A stretch of 64,000 nucleotides of DNA from Macrostomum hystrix (Eukaryota; Animalia; Platyhelminthes): positions 18,228,001-18,292,000 of the forward strand of contig CATNEN010000001.1 in the NCBI GenBank assembly GCA_950097015.1. The letters run 5' to 3'. Below, piece after piece: positions 1 through 14,016 of this stretch. The notes beneath the pieces were generated by a model. The model saw only the letters and a program-made list of their open reading frames with translations, was not told where the DNA came from and did no database searches. A program made the position numbers and the translations under genes. Position 1 is the first letter of the stretch. Each line of letters opens with the position of its first letter.

Positions 1-179
1 CCACTGAAGCACTGAGATGAAAATTAGTGCGCTAATAATTATTTGGACTTCCAAAATAACATGACAGCTGATCTGAGCAAATCTTCGAGCAGATGAGATG
101 GACGATCTTTGTACACTGAGATGTAGTTGCTGAGCAGATAGAAAATAAAGTATGTAAGTTAATACATGAGTATTTAGAT

Positions 180-360
180 AGGGATAGAGAGGATAGAAGA
201 GAGGGGAGAGAGGAAGGGGGGAGAATGGAGGGAGAGTGGAGGGGAGAGAGGAGGGGGGAGAGGAGGGGAGAGTGGAGGGGAGAGAGGAGGGGAGAAAGGA
301 GGGGAAAGAGGAGGGGAGAAAGGAGGGGAGATATAAGAAGGATGAGAGGGGAGAGGGGAG
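180..360. repeat. GA-rich low-complexity repeat (~12-bp GAGGAGGGGAGA units)
   Basis: Purine-only degenerate tandem; accounts for the spurious LLSP ORF 32..382. Confidence 0.85.
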
Positions 361-1140
361 TGAGAATAGCCAGTGAATTCACAAATTGAGTTTAATATCC
401 TGAAACAAATGGCTTACATTTACAGTCGGAAATTCGTAAAAACACAAAAATATTCTCAATTGGTCACACAAGTCCAGTGTCTGCCTGAGTTGACTAAATC
501 GAGTTTCCTGTTGTAAAATGGTAAAAAGCGTTTAAACGTCACGCTCAGAGAGAATTGGACACGAGTAATTGTATTCGCTACGTTTGGCTGAGTAAAAATC
601 CAAATCTTCCTATTTCCTAAATTGTATTGTTGTTAGACAGGTCTTTGTTGAGCGTGAAAAAACTCAGTTCTAATTGGCATAATATTACAGATGGGCAACA
701 TATGCTTGTGTATATGCTTCTAGCACTTGACACTTCATGTTGAGCATGCTAATATGAGCATGAGCCATCCTTAACTGTCATGCTAGCCACCTGTGCCACA
801 CACTGGCCTGTCAAAGTAAATCTGAAAAAATGTGAACTTGGAAAGCGGCAAGATTTTAGATTAGTTGGGCTTTGAGTCGGGTTTGTTATTTTGCTAATTT
901 GTTGTTTTTGGATTTCAAACAGTTCACGGAGTGACAGCTGGGCTTCGGAAACACTTGCACAATGCATTTCCGCTTCAGGGATGCCCTGAAAATATAACAA
1001 GGCTATTCACGTTCTGAAATTTGACACCGACTACGCGAACATCCTTCTATTAACCATCCATGATACTGTCTCTCAATTTGATCCCAGACATCTTTTGAAA
1101 TGATCCCAGTCATCTTGTAAGTCTCCCAGTTTTTTCTGTT

Positions 1141-1505
1141 TATGATCCCAGTCAGTTTGTACCTATGATCCCAGTCAGTTTGTACCTATGATCCCAGTCA
1201 GTTTGTACCTATGATCCCAGTCAGTTTGTACCTATGATCCCAGTCAGTTTGTACCTATGATCCCAGTCACTTTGTACCTATGATCCCAGTCAGTTTGTAC
1301 CTATGATCCCAGTCAGTTTGTACCTATGATCCCAGTCAGTTTGTACCTATGATCCCAGTCAGTTTGTACCTATGATCCCAGTCAGTTTGTACCTATGATC
1401 CCAGTCATTTTGTACCTATGATCCCAGTCAGTTTGTACCTATGATCCCAGTCATTTTGTACCTATGATCCCAGTCATTTTGTACCTATGATCCCAGTCAT
1501 TTTGT
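1141..1505. repeat. 23-bp minisatellite (TATGATCCCAGTCAGTTTGTACC)n, ~16 copies
   Basis: Near-perfect tandem copies visible directly. Confidence 0.95.
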
Positions 1506-1885
1506 GACCCCTTCATGCATGTTCTCACTCTCGCATACGCGTTACTCATCTTTACACATGTGTTAATCGTCCGAGTTGTCTGTTCGTCAAATTAAAAGTT
1601 AGAAGGGCTGGTTGCTTGAGTTAGCTTGACTCACCCTTGCATACGTTAAGCATGAAGTTGATCTTCCCATTTAGCTGATGCTTCATCGTGCATGCTCAAG
1701 AGCTTCGTAGATTGAATTCATGCTCATCTACACAATCAACAATTGCTACCTGAATAGTCATCAATAATTAGCTTGGCTGACTTTCTGTCATGATCTCAGA
1801 TCACAGATGTCTGGATGGTACCATTATGCAACCATTTAAATTCAAATCTGCTTTCAAGTGCGACTCAGTGATTTGGTGGCAAACT

Positions 1886-3385
1886 GGAAGAAAATGAGGG
1901 GAAAAGGAAGAAAATGAGGGGAAAAAGAGGAAGAAAATGAGGGGAGAAAGAGGAAGAAAATGAGGGGAAAAAGAGGAAGAAAATGAGGGGAGAAAGAGGA
2001 AGAAAATGAGGGGAAAAGAGGAAGAAAATGAGGGGAGAAAGAGGAAGAAAATGAGGGGAAAAGAGGAAGAAAATGAAGGGAAAAGAGGAAGAAAATGAGG
2101 GGAAAAGAGGAAGAAAATGAAGGGAAAAGAGGAATAAAATGAGGGGAGAAAGAGGAAGAAAATGAGGGGAGAAAGAGGAAGAAAATAAAGGGAGAAAGAA
2201 AATGAGGGGAGAAAAAGGAAGAAAATGAAGGGAAAAGAGGAAGAAAATGAAGGGAGAAAGAGGAAGAAAATGAGGGGAGAAAGAGGAAGAAAATGAGGGG
2301 AGAAAGAGGAAGAAAATGAAGGGAGAAAGAGGAAGAAAATGAAGGGAGAAAGAGGAAGAAAATGAGGGGAAAAGAGGAAGAAAATGAGGGGAGAAAGAGG
2401 AAGAAAATGAAGGGAAAAGAGGAAGAAAATGAAGGGAGAAAGAGGAAGAAAATGAGGGGAAAAGAGGAAGAAAATGAGGGGAAAAGAGGAAGAAAATGAG
2501 GGGAAAAGAGGAAGAAAATGAAGGGAAAAGAGGAAGAAAATGAGGGGAGAAAGAGGAAGAAAATGAGGGGAGAAAGAGGAAGAAAATGAGGGGAAAAGAG
2601 GAATGAAATGAAGTGAAAAGAGGAAGAAAATGAGGGGAGAAAGAGGAAGAAAATGAGGGGAGAAAGAGGAAGAAAATGAGGGGAGAAAGAGGAAGAAAAT
2701 GAGGGGAGAAAGAGGAAGAAAATGAGGGGAAAAGAGGAATGAAATGAAGTGAAAAGAGGAAGAAAATGAGGGGAGAAAGAGGAAGAAAATGAGGGGAGAA
2801 AGAGTAAGAAAATGAGGGGAGAAAGAGGAAGAAAATGAGGGGAGAAAGAGGAAGAAAATGAGGGGAGAAAGAGGAATGAAATGAAGTGAAAAGAGGAAGA
2901 AAATGAGGGGAGAAAGAGGAAGAAAATGAGGGGAGAAAGAGGAAGAAAATGAGGGGAGAAAGAGGAAGAAAATGAGGGGAGAAAGAGGAAGAAAATGAGG
3001 GGAGAAAGAGGAAGAAAATGAGGGGAGAAAGAGGAAGAAAATGAGGGGAGAAAGAGGAAGAAAATGAGGGGAGAAAGAGGAAGAAAATGAGGGGAGAAAG
3101 AGGAAGAAAATGAGGGGAGAAAGAGGAAGAAAATGAGGGGAGAAAGAGGAAGAAAATGAGGGGAGAAAGAGGAAGAAAATGAGGGGAGAAAGAGGAAGAA
3201 AATGAGGGGAGAAAGAGGAAGAAAATGAGGGGAGAAAGAGAAAGAAAATGAGGGGAGAAAGAGGAAGAAAATGAGGGGAGAAAAAGGAAGAAAATGAGGG
3301 GAGAAAGAGGAAGAAAATGAGGGGAGAAAGAGGAAGAAAATGAGGGGAGAAAAAGGAAGAAAATGAGGGGAGAAAGAGGAAGAGA
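1886..3385. repeat. 22-23-bp polypurine minisatellite (GAGGAAGAAAATGAGGGGAGAAA)n
   Basis: More than 60 tandem copies. Confidence 0.95.
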
Positions 3386-4184
3386 ATAAAAGCAGAGTTC
3401 AGGCAGACGGATTAAACTGCTAATCGCTTTAAGAACAAGACAACAGTATCTGGGATAATCTCACTCAGAGACAATCAATGCAGCTCATCTAGCAACAACT
3501 GTGTCCCCAGCAAACAAAAGTGGACAGGAAATTGATATTAATAAGCAATTATCGAATGCAGTAATTAGCCATTTGCTTTATCCAGATTGAAAACCCTCTC
3601 GAAAGACAATAATAGGCTATAGCAACAGTGGAAAACATGCTCAATGACTCTAATCCACAAATATCCCAGTTACTCAAGTGTCCCATTGAGCATAGCGCAA
3701 AGCAAATGACATTTAGACACACGGCTGTTGACTCGAATAGGTGACTTTTTGACACCGTGTAATTACTCAAGTGGTGGCGCTGGTGAGGTGATGAACAATG
3801 CCTGGCTTGATGACCCGCACTTCAGGTGAGGATCCTCGATAAAAAACTGTCTGTGAAATTATTCCGCTCCATTGCAGCAGGCGGTCGAACAGCCTCATGA
3901 GCCCGCATGAGGCGAGTGGACTCACGATGTCTGAGGCTTGACTTTCAAATTTGATGTCGATGGCATTGTTCTATAATGAACTGCTCTGTCCAACTGTCAC
4001 TGGCCTGTGATGCATGAGCAGCCCGTTGTTTCTCACCTATAATTTGACCGTGAGCTCAACACCTTCACACTGACCTCCCTCAGTCCAGGCCGCATGCCGC
4101 CTCTAATTTTAGCCCTCATACTTCAACCATGATATAGGGGCGCTGATGTTAGAGTCAGTATCTGTCTTATTCCAGCCATAGTCT

Positions 4185-4890
4185 CACTATGATCCCTGTC
4201 ATTATCTCACTATTATTCTAGTCATGGTTTCCCTATGATTCTAGTCATTGTTTCCTTATGATCCTAGTCATTGTTTCCCTATGATCCTAGTCATTGTTTC
4301 CCTATGATCCTAGTCATTGTTTCCCTATGATCCTAGTCATTGTTTCCCTATGATCCTAGTCATAGTTTCACTATGATCCTAGTCATAGTTTCACTATGAT
4401 CCTAGTCATTATCTCACTATTATTCTAGTCATTGTTTCCCTATGATCCTAGTCATTGTTTCCCTATGATCCTAGTCATTGTTTCCCTATGATCCTAGTCA
4501 TTGTTTCCCTATGATCCTAGTCATTGTTTCCCTATGATCCTAGTCATAGTTTCCCTATGATCCTAGTCATAGTTTCACTATGATCCTAGTCATTATCTCA
4601 CTATTATTCTAGTCATTGTTTCCCTATGATCCTAGTCATTGTTTCCCTATGATCCTAGTCATTGTTTCCCTATGATCCTAGCCATAGTTTCCCTATGATC
4701 CTAGTCATTGTTTCACTATGATCCTAGTCATAGTTTCACTATGATCCTAGTCATAGTTTCCCTATGATCCTAGTCATAGTTTCACTATGATCCTAGTCAT
4801 AGTGTCCCTATGATCCCAGTCATAGTTTCACTATGATCCTAATCATATTTTCCCTATGATCCCAGTGATTCTCTCGTTATGATCCCAGGC
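4185..4890. repeat. 23-bp minisatellite (CTATGATCCTAGTCATTGTTTCC)n
   Basis: ~30 tandem copies; same unit length and core as the 1141-1505 array. Confidence 0.95.
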
Positions 4891-5339
4891 ATAACCCGAT
4901 ATCGATCAAGGGGATTAAATGATCATCAGAGTTCATAGGAAGGACAATGATTTGATGAAGTCTGCTGAGTTACTCGAGCGCTGGAAGAAAGCGTTTTATA
5001 AAAAAGCCAGCAAATCAAATTCGATGCTTGAGCTGTAAGAATCGATAGAGAAATCGGCGGCACTTAAACTCGAAAGCTGTAAAATCAAACCGGTTTATGA
5101 TGACTTCAGTCTTGATACGTAAATAAACTTAATGAGGATCTGAAGTAGCAAAGAGGCACATATGGATCTATAAAAGACAGCATTATAGCCTTCCCAGCAT
5201 TTACGAGTCCTGAAGCCATACGGAGTCAGTACTGCAGACAGTGGTGTGATTTGAGCAGTCAAGTTTCATAGCAGCGAAATAAACGCAAATAATAACTGCT
5301 TTTTAGCTTAGCACCTCTTAGAACCTTCAGAAACTGTAG

Positions 5340-7300
5340 CGAGAACCGTAGCGAGAACAGTAAGTGGAATCGTAGCTAGAACTAAAAGCAGCTAGAACTG
5401 TTAAAGGAATCGTAGCTAGAGCAGTAAGTAAAATCGTAGCTAGAACTGTGAATGGAATCGTAGCTAGAACTGTGAATGGAATCGTAGCTAGAACTGTGAA
5501 TGGAATCGTAGCTAGAACTGTGAATAGAATCGTAGCTAGAACTGTGAATGGAATCGTAGCTAGAACTGTTAAAGGAATCGTAGCTAGAACTGTGAAAGGA
5601 ACCGTAGCTAGAACAGTAAGTAGAATCGTAGGATTCGTAGCTAGAACTGTGAATAGAATCGAAGCTAGAACTGCGAAAGGAATCGCAGCTAGAACTGTGA
5701 GTGGAATCGTAGCTGGAACTGTAAATGGAATCGTAGCTATAACAGTGAATGGAATCGTAGCTAGAACTGTAAGTGAAATCGCAGCTAGAACAGTGAAAGG
5801 AATCGAAGCTAGAACTGTGAATGGAATCGAAGCTAGAACTGTGAAAGGAATCGAAGCTAGAACGGCGAAAGGATTCGCAGCTAGAACTGTGAGTGGAATC
5901 GTAGCTGGGACTGTGAATGGAATCGTAGCCAGAACAGTAAGAGAAATCGTAGCTAGAACTGTGAATGGAATCGTAGCTAAAACTGTAAGTGAAATCGCAG
6001 CTAGAACAGTGAAAGGAATCGAAGCTAGAACTGTGAATGGAATCGAAGCTAGAACTGTGAAAGGAATCGAAGCTAGAACGGCGAAAGGATTCGCAGCTAG
6101 AACTGTGAGTGGAATCGTAGCTGGGACTGTGAATGGAATCGTAGCTAGAACAGTAAGAGAAATCGTAGCTAGAACTGTGAATGGAATCGCAGCTAGAACT
6201 GTGAAAGGAATCGAAGCTAGAACTGTGAATGGAATCGTAGCTAGAACTGTAAGTGAAATCGCAGCTAGAACAGTGAAAGGAATCGAAGCTAGAACTGTGA
6301 ATGGAATCGAAGCTAGAACTGTGAAAGGAATCGAAGCTAGAACGGCGAAAGGATTCGCAGCTAGAACTGTGAGTGGAATCGTAGCTGGGACTGTGAATGG
6401 AATCGTAGCTAGAACAGTAAGAGAAATCGTAGCTAGAACTGTGAATGGAATCGCAGCTAGAACTGTGAAAGGAATCGAAGCTAGAACTGCGAAAGGAATC
6501 GCAGCTAGAACTGTGAGTGGAATCGTAGCTGGGACTGTGAATGGAATCGTAGCTAGAACAGTAAGTGAAATCGTAGCTAGAACTGTGAATGGAATCGTAG
6601 CTAGAACTGTTAAAGGAATCGTAGCTAGAACTGTAAGTGGAATCGCAGCTAGAACTGTGAATGGAATCGAAGCTAGAACTGTAAGTGGAATCGCAGCTAG
6701 AACTGTGAAAGGAAACGAAGCTAGGACTGTGAATGGAATCGCAGCTAGAACTGTGAGTGGAATCGTAGCTAGAACAGTAATTGGATCGTAGCTAGAACTG
6801 TGAATAGAATCGTAGCTAGAACTGTGAATGGAATCGTAGCTAGAACTGTGAATGGAATCCTAGCTAGAACTGTGAATGAAATCGCAGCTAGAACAGTGAA
6901 TGGAATCGAAGCTAGAACTGTGAATGGAATCGAAGCTAGAACTGTGAATGGAATCGCAGCTAGAACAGTAAAAGGAATCGAAGCTAGAACTGTGAGTGGA
7001 ATCGTAGCTGGAACTGTGAATGGAATCGTAGATAGAACTGTGAATGGAATCGAAGCTAGAACTGTGAATGGAATCGTAGCTAGAACAGTAAGTGGAATCG
7101 TAGCTAGAACTGTAAAAGGAATCGAAGCTAGAACTGTGAGTGGAATCGTAGCTGGAACTGTGAATGGAATCGTAGATAGAACAGTAAGTGGAATCGTAGC
7201 TAGAACTGCGAAAGGAATCGCAGCTAGAACTGTAAAAGGAATCGCAGCTAGAACTGTAAAAGGAATCGCAGCTAGAACTGTGAATTGAATCGCAGCTAGT
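5340..7300. repeat. 24-bp minisatellite (GCTAGAACTGTGAATGGAATCGTA)n with higher-order blocks
   Basis: ~80 copies; generates the ARTVNGIV pseudo-ORFs 5448..6791 and 6800..7288. Confidence 0.95.
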
Positions 7301-8179
7301 AGAACTACTTAATTTTCTAGCTAGTGAGTTCTGTTTTGCATGATAAACAAATGTTATTTAGAATAAAAAACTGGAAGCTCTTGATCATATTGATATTGTT
7401 AATTTTTCGCGTTTTATCGGCCATTTGTTTGAAAGTTGAAAATCTACTCTATGATTTACTTTTTCTCTCTAATAAGCAGCCCGGCCCACCTGTTTTTCCC
7501 ATTCTCCATCAATGATTTATGCTCATATTATAAAAACTGTTGTTGTTTATCTTTAAGACGACAAAAAGCAGGCTTCAAATGTGACCCAGTCTCACCCACC
7601 CCGCCGTTTGAGTTTGTTTGATGGCTCTAGCAAGTTAATTGTACAACTTCTAGCATTCACAGATAGTAATAAATATCGATAACTAGCAATTAGAGTTGCG
7701 ACTGAATGGAGAATGGAGTCAGCACAAAATGTAGTCTTTGCTCGATTCGAAGCTGTGGGCGGCAGAGTCTAGTCACCCAGGTGGCGGCAAAGTTTTTTTG
7801 ATGTATAGCTATAGTTTGACAGCCCGCAATCCCACTGTTAAATGACAATCGTTGGGTCTCAGCAATGAACTGGCTAAAACTCTAACTTTGAGGCCCGGGG
7901 CAATGTGACCCGAGTGTAGCTAAGTTGCCGCTAACATATGCGGGTCACATGCCAGGCTGTCACGAACACGTTTTCAATCGACTCCAGTGGCTATTTAGTT
8001 AGACAGGTGGGATGAATGGGGAACTAAAAAATGGACGCTTAAATTAATTTCACACAAAAACAACCAGACAAAATTCCGCTGGAAATAAGCTACTTCTAGT
8101 AGATCATATTGAACACCAACAAAATCGAGAAGCATACACTCGTAGGTTAAAAAATTTACGTAGATAATACAAAATAGCC

Positions 8180-9750
8180 AATAGATGCTTCAGCTAAGGT
8201 GCAGTCATCTTCAGTAGATCCTTCATCTAAGGTGCAGTTATCTTCAGTAGATCCTTCAGCTAAGGTGCAGTTATCTTCAGTAGATCCTTCAGCTAAGGTG
8301 GAGTCATCTTCAGTAGATCCTTCAGCTAAGGTGGAGTCATCTTCAGTAGATCCTTCATCTAAGGTGCAGTCATCTTCAGTAGATCCTTCATCTAAGGTGC
8401 AGTTATCTTCAGTAGATCCTTCAGCTAAGGTGCAGTCATCTTCAGTAGATCCTTCAGCTAAGGTGCAGTTATCTTCAGTAGATCATTCAGCTAAGGTGCA
8501 GTTATCTTCAGTAGATCCTTCAGCTAAGGTGCAGTCATCTTCAGTAGATCCTTCAGCTAAGGTGGAGTCATCTTCAGTAGATCCTTCAGCTAAGGTGCAG
8601 TTATCTTCAGTAGATCCTTCAGCTAAGGTGGAGTCATCTTCAGTAGATCCTTCAGCTAAGGTGCAGTCATCTTCAGTAGATCCTTCAGCTAAGGTGCAGT
8701 TATCTTCAGTAGATCCTTCAGCTAAGGTGCAGTTATCTTCAGTAGATCCTTCAGCTAAGGTGCAGTTATCTTCAGTAGATCCTTCAGCTAAGGTGCAGTC
8801 ATCTTCAGTAGATCCTTCAGCTAAGGTGCAGTTATCTTCAGTAGATCCTTCAGCTAAGGTGCAGTTATCTTCAGTAGATCCTTCAGCTAAGGTGCAGTTA
8901 TCTTCAGTAGATCCTTCAGCTAAGGTGGAGTCATCTTCAGTAGATCCTTCAGCTAAGGTGGAGTCATCTTCAGTAGATCCTTCAGCTAAGGTGGAGTCAT
9001 CTTCAGTAGATCCTTCAGCTAAGGTGCAGTTATCTTCAGTAGATCCTTCAGCTAAGGTGGAGTCATCTTCAGTAGATCCTTCAGCTAAGGTGCAGTTATC
9101 TTCAGTAGATCCTTCAGCTAAGGTGCAGTCATCTTCAGTAGATCCTTCAGCTAAGGTGGAGTCATCTTCAGTAGATCCTTCATCTAAGGTGCAGTTATCT
9201 TCAGTAGATCCTTCAGCTAAGGTGGAGTCATCTTCAGTAGATCCTTCAGCTAAGGTGCAGTTATCTTCAGTAGATCCTTCAGCTAAGGTGCAGTCATCTT
9301 CAGTAGATCCTTCAGCTAAGGTGGAGTCATCTTCAGTAGATCCTTCAGCTAAGGTGCAGTTATCTTCAGTAGATCCTTCAGCTAAGGTGGAGTCATCTTC
9401 AGTAGATCCTTCAGCTAAGGTGCAGTCATCTTCAGTAGATCCTTCAGCTAAGGTGGAGTCATCTTCAGTAGATCCTTCAGCTAAGGTGCAGTTATCTTCA
9501 GTAGATCCTTCAGCTAAGGTGCAGTTATCTTCAGTAGATCCTTCAGCTAAGGTGGAGTCATCTTCAGTAGATCCTTCAGCTAAGGTGCAGTTATCTTCAG
9601 TAGATCCTTCAGCTAAGGTGGAGTCATCTTCAGTAGATCCTTCAGCTAAGGTGCAGTTATCTTCATTAGATCCTTCAGCTAAGGTGCAGTTATCTTCAGT
9701 AGATCCTTCAGCTAAGGTGCAGTTCTCTCTTGTAGATCATTCAGCTATTG
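8180..9750. repeat. 33-bp minisatellite (GATCCTTCAGCTAAGGTGCAGTTATCTTCAGTA)n
   Basis: ~47 copies; generates the SSVDPSAKVQL pseudo-ORF 8199..9758. Confidence 0.95.
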
Positions 9751-9754
9751 TGAA

Positions 9755-9990
9755 GTGAGTAGGGAATTCAGTGAGTAGGGAGTCTAGTAAGCAGGGAGTC
9801 TAGTGAGCAGGGAGTTTTGTGAGTAGGGAGTCTAGTGAGCAGGGAGTTTTGTGAGCAGGGAGTTTAGTGAGTAGGGAGTCTAGTGAGTAGGGAGTCTAGT
9901 GAGCAGGGAGTCTAGTGAGCAGGGAGTCTAGTGAGCAGGGAGTTTAGTGAGTAGGGAGTTCTGTAAAAAAAGATTTTAGTGAGTAGGGAG
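9755..9990. repeat. ~17-bp tandem repeat (GTGAGCAGGGAGTCTA)n
   Basis: Degenerate tandem copies. Confidence 0.85.
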
Positions 9991-10388
9991 TTTGGCAAGT
10001 TAAGGGTTGGGGTAAGGGGTTTGAAGGAAAACGAAAAAATGGTACAACTAATATCGATTGAATTTTAAATTAAGCGAGTCAGTTGGTAACTTTCGATTTC
10101 TAAGTTTCTACTAAGAACTCGAATTTTCAAATCGTGGATCATGAACAAGGCGAATCTCAGCTGGCTGTTGGGAGATCTCGGTGGATACGCCGAGTCAATC
10201 GACCGTCAGCACGTCGCATTGGTGGCGCTAATAGGCGCTCTCATTGTGATCAATGTCGTTGTCGTGGTGTTTCTGCAGCTGCTGCGGATGTCGGTGCCAG
10301 CGTCAGAGTAATCGTTCTCCCGTGCATCGGTCGAGTCGTTCGGCTGATGAAATCGTTGCTGGATTGCCATGCTGAGTAGTGGCGTGAG

Positions 10389-10560
10389 TAGAAATGCTAA
10401 TACCGGGATCCCGGTTTCGAAAAATACCGGTTTTGGCCCCTTTTTTCTGTATTACCAATACCAGTATTAGGGTCCGGAATTGGTCCGGTATTGGTCTAAA
10501 ATTATGTCTCAAATTTTTACAAATTTGAGATTTGTTGTTTAAAATGCATTTTCCTAGAAA
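10389..10560 (+). mobile_element. Probable hAT-family terminus, truncated at the CACTA left end
   Basis: TAGAAATGCTAATACCGGGATCCCGG start with repeated ATACCGG/CCGGTATT subterminal motifs, resembling hAT ends; no partner end found. Confidence 0.4.
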
Positions 10561-11401
10561 CCCGGTGTAAAAAGCATCGTCGAAAAGACGTCTTTTCGAC
10601 GCCTACGGTCCGATCAAACCCTATGATAGCTCAGCTAAAAAAACCGAGTTAGCTGCTGAAAACGTCTTAAGAGGTCTTGATATCAGTTATAAATGCATTT
10701 AAAAGATGAAAAAATATGTACTTCGTACAGTCCGATTTTAGTCCGAAAATGGCCGACGCGTCGACCGGCTCCAAAATGGTCCGATTTGAGTCCGAAAAAG
10801 GCCGACGAGAAGGACGATGTTCCAAACAAAATTACTCGTGAGTTAGCTGCTAAAAACGTCTTAAAAGGCCTTGATTTCAGTTCTAAATGCATTTAAAAGA
10901 TGAAAAAATGTGTAATTCGTACAGTCCGAAATTAGTCCGCAAAAGGCCGACGCGTCCGCGGTCCGTTTTGAGTCCTCAATAGGGCGACGAGGACGATGTT
11001 CCATAAAAAAATTCTTGAGTTAGCTGCTGAAAACGTCATAAAAGGCTTTATTTTCCGTTACTTATGCATTTAAAAGATGAAAAATTGTGTAATTCCAACA
11101 GTCCGATTCCAGTCCGCAAAAGGTCTTTTTTTATCTACTGTACAGAGCCTAACATGCTTGAAATACTACTCGTATTTAAACGTTAGTAGTGCAGCAAGTT
11201 AAATGTTCGGTTTGTATAATCGTAATATTTAGTTTTTAGATATAAATTATTTACTATACGGCTCGTACATATACTTACTGTTTTACTGATCAGTGAGAGC
11301 TAGGAAGTAAAATTTGTGTGCATCAGTGAAACAAGTTACGAGTATATAGTGGAATCATCAAAATATTCTGAGCGTGTATACAATTCGATCTTCTGGTCGG
11401 C

Positions 11402-12557
11402 TGTGATATTTTGACTTAGGTCTCTCTTAACGTTGAGATTCCTAAATGAGGTCGGGTGTCCTACTCTTTGTGAGAGATTCTCTTTTCGCAACTCGAAAAT
11501 AACGAAGACAAGACGATTCAAATTCCAAGCTAAACAGCTGATATTTAAGTGTTAATTAGTAAATAAGAGGAAGCTATGATCACTGATCAATTCCCCTGGC
11601 AGCGCTCTTTTCGTCCCCTGCCAGGTACTGTACTTAATTCAATCCAATTCACAATTCGCACTAACAAAATCTCGATAACCGCAACACAAAACACGAACTC
11701 TACTCGATAATACGACACGATAAATAACACAAATAAATCCTAGACAAACAGATAGTCCCTATAACAAACAAGACAAATAACGCGAAACCTAACCAAAATC
11801 CCTAACATAAAACCGAGGCGACCAGCAAGCACTTCTGCACTATGGCACAACGATAGTTCTATCGTGCCACACCTAATGTCTGTTCGACGGCGTCCCACCG
11901 ATGATTGTCGGCGATATGGAGAGTGCTTCCGTGCTTGCCAATCCCTATCTAACACTCCGTCAGCAGTTGGCCAGACGTACCGAGCTCAGCGCAAGCTACT
12001 TACTGACGTGGGGTTGAGTGTGGGGGTTTTCTTTGACTAACTAGTTGGACCGGTTTACCTGTCCCGGTATCTATTTACTAGGATGCGTAACACGAATGAG
12101 AACAATATCAAGATCAAGAGCAAGAGCAAGGTCAAACGCGAGACCAGAATCACATGAGAACAATATTTCAGCGCAATAGTCAGTTTTATAGTCAAGCGCC
12201 CGCCCCAGCCCTCATCAAAGCCTGGGTGCCGGCCGCGCCGCTTGTTCTTCTGCCAGGTCGACCCTGCCGGTTAACGAACCGGCTGCTGATTGGCCCGGCT
12301 CGGGGTGTCGCACTTAAGTCGGTTCACTTCAATCGGCTAGCCGTCCTCCCATTGGTTGGGCCCACCAGACCAGGGCTAGTCTGATGCCTTGGCTGTAGAG
12401 CAGGGGTGACCGGCCGGTCGCGTGTTAGGCCTGGCTGGGGTGCGCATGTACAAACAACTAACCTATAAGATACATTAAATAATTCATAATATTGACGTGC
12501 GCGAATAAGTTACTACAAGTAGAAATATACGCATTATAAAAACATGCCGACACTACA
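11402..12557 (-). mobile_element. Solo LTR (1156 bp) nested in the CACTA element
   Basis: TGT...ACA termini; 4-bp TSD CGGC (11398-11401 and 12558-12561); minus-strand CCAAT (~12290, ~12350) and TATAAAA (~12190). Confidence 0.6.
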
Positions 12558-13859
12558 CGGCCATGCATATTCCGGCCGTCTGCAGTAAACCGCTCAATAG
12601 CCGCATTGATACTGCGGCAACTGCTTTAATTGCATTACATCTCGAATAGCTATGTATTTAGGAGTATATAGAATAGGTAGAAATCGCATAATTGTGATGG
12701 TCCGTTTTCCGTCCGATTTGAGTCCGTAAAAAGGCGACGTGAATGTAAAATTTAACAAACACATGTATTTTGACCGCAGGCAATAAAAAGTTTTGTCGCA
12801 GAAGAAGCCAGTTGCACTAAACTTAATAAGAAGTCAGAATCAATTTTTTAGTTTCAAATTGCAGCTTAAAAACGAAAGAATGGCCTGAGCAAAGTTTTTG
12901 AAAGCGCTGCAAACTTTCACTTTGACCTGACCGGATCCTCAATTAATTAGCTATTATGTACGTGAGAATTCTCGATTCGATCAACGAATTCTCAAAAACT
13001 ATTCACAGTAAGACACTAAAATTCATTAGACAAGACAAAGTGAATATAAACACCGATATCAAACTCGCCATCACTTTGTGGTTTATCTATAAAAGTTAAT
13101 TATTAAGTGAAAGTCTATTTGATCAGCAATGTCAGTGTAGCTTAGTTAGGATATATTATGAAGCTACAGGAATATTTTTTACAAAAAAGAGTGTTATTTT
13201 AAAGCGCATAGTGTATATTTACACTATTTACACTGGCCCATACTTTTATTTAGCAAAAAATACATATTTTTGCAACTATAATGAATTGTACCATGTGAGG
13301 CTTAAATGCCTATATACTATATAGCTAGGTTACAATTCCTATTTTCTGCTCTAGATACTTCAAGTCTAACTTCTGTTTATTCTTGGGCTTTCACAAGTGC
13401 CTATTTTATTGAAACAGTGAAAGAAAGAAACTGTTATATAGCTATGATATGAGAACAAATTGTCATGAAAAATGTATTATTACTTATTAGCTGGTTTAGG
13501 TATGTGGCATGCAGTTTTGGTCATGCTTAGGCATTAAGAAGCAAAGATCTGTCAGTTAACAGTGAGCTATAGTCAATCATGCCTTACATAATCTTGGATG
13601 GCAGCAGCATTCAGGCTAGCTCTTGTTGGCCAAGCACCAGATACAGTAGAAGTTCCAGTAAGCTCTCGTACATGCAGATTGAGAATCTTGCCATTCCTTA
13701 ACCTGTTTGAAAAGGATAAGGTGGTTAAGAGAGTTGTTGGTTAGCTTGTTGGTTTTAAATGTATTAAACAGAGCAGAAAAATAAATAACATAGCACATAT
13801 ATTATGTATAGGCTAAGTAATTAATATAATTTATTATACCTATCCGGCCAATTGTGCAG

Positions 13860-14003
13860 TATGGTCAAGAGCATAGCCACAGCTATTGTGCAGCATACGC
13901 TCGAATCTAAAGGCTGCACATGGCTGTTCAGTCCATGGACTGAGGGATGCCAGACCCACCTTAAGTTCAAATAGCTAATATTGGTACCCATTTTACAACT
14001 AGC
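13860..14003 (-). mobile_element. SINE family A, partial copy
   Basis: Matches the body GGCTGTTCAGTCCATGGACTG...GGTACC of copies at 14970-15155 and 22150-22340. Confidence 0.55.
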
Positions 14004-14016
14004 TCGGATACACAGA

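Noticed and set aside
1141-4890. CRISPR-like arrays
   Set aside because: Units are contiguous with no unique spacers, the context is eukaryotic and no cas genes are present.
5448-9758. Long ORFs of 447, 162 and 519 aa as real repeat proteins
   Set aside because: They coincide exactly with 24-bp and 33-bp minisatellites, start at GTG and have no unique sequence.
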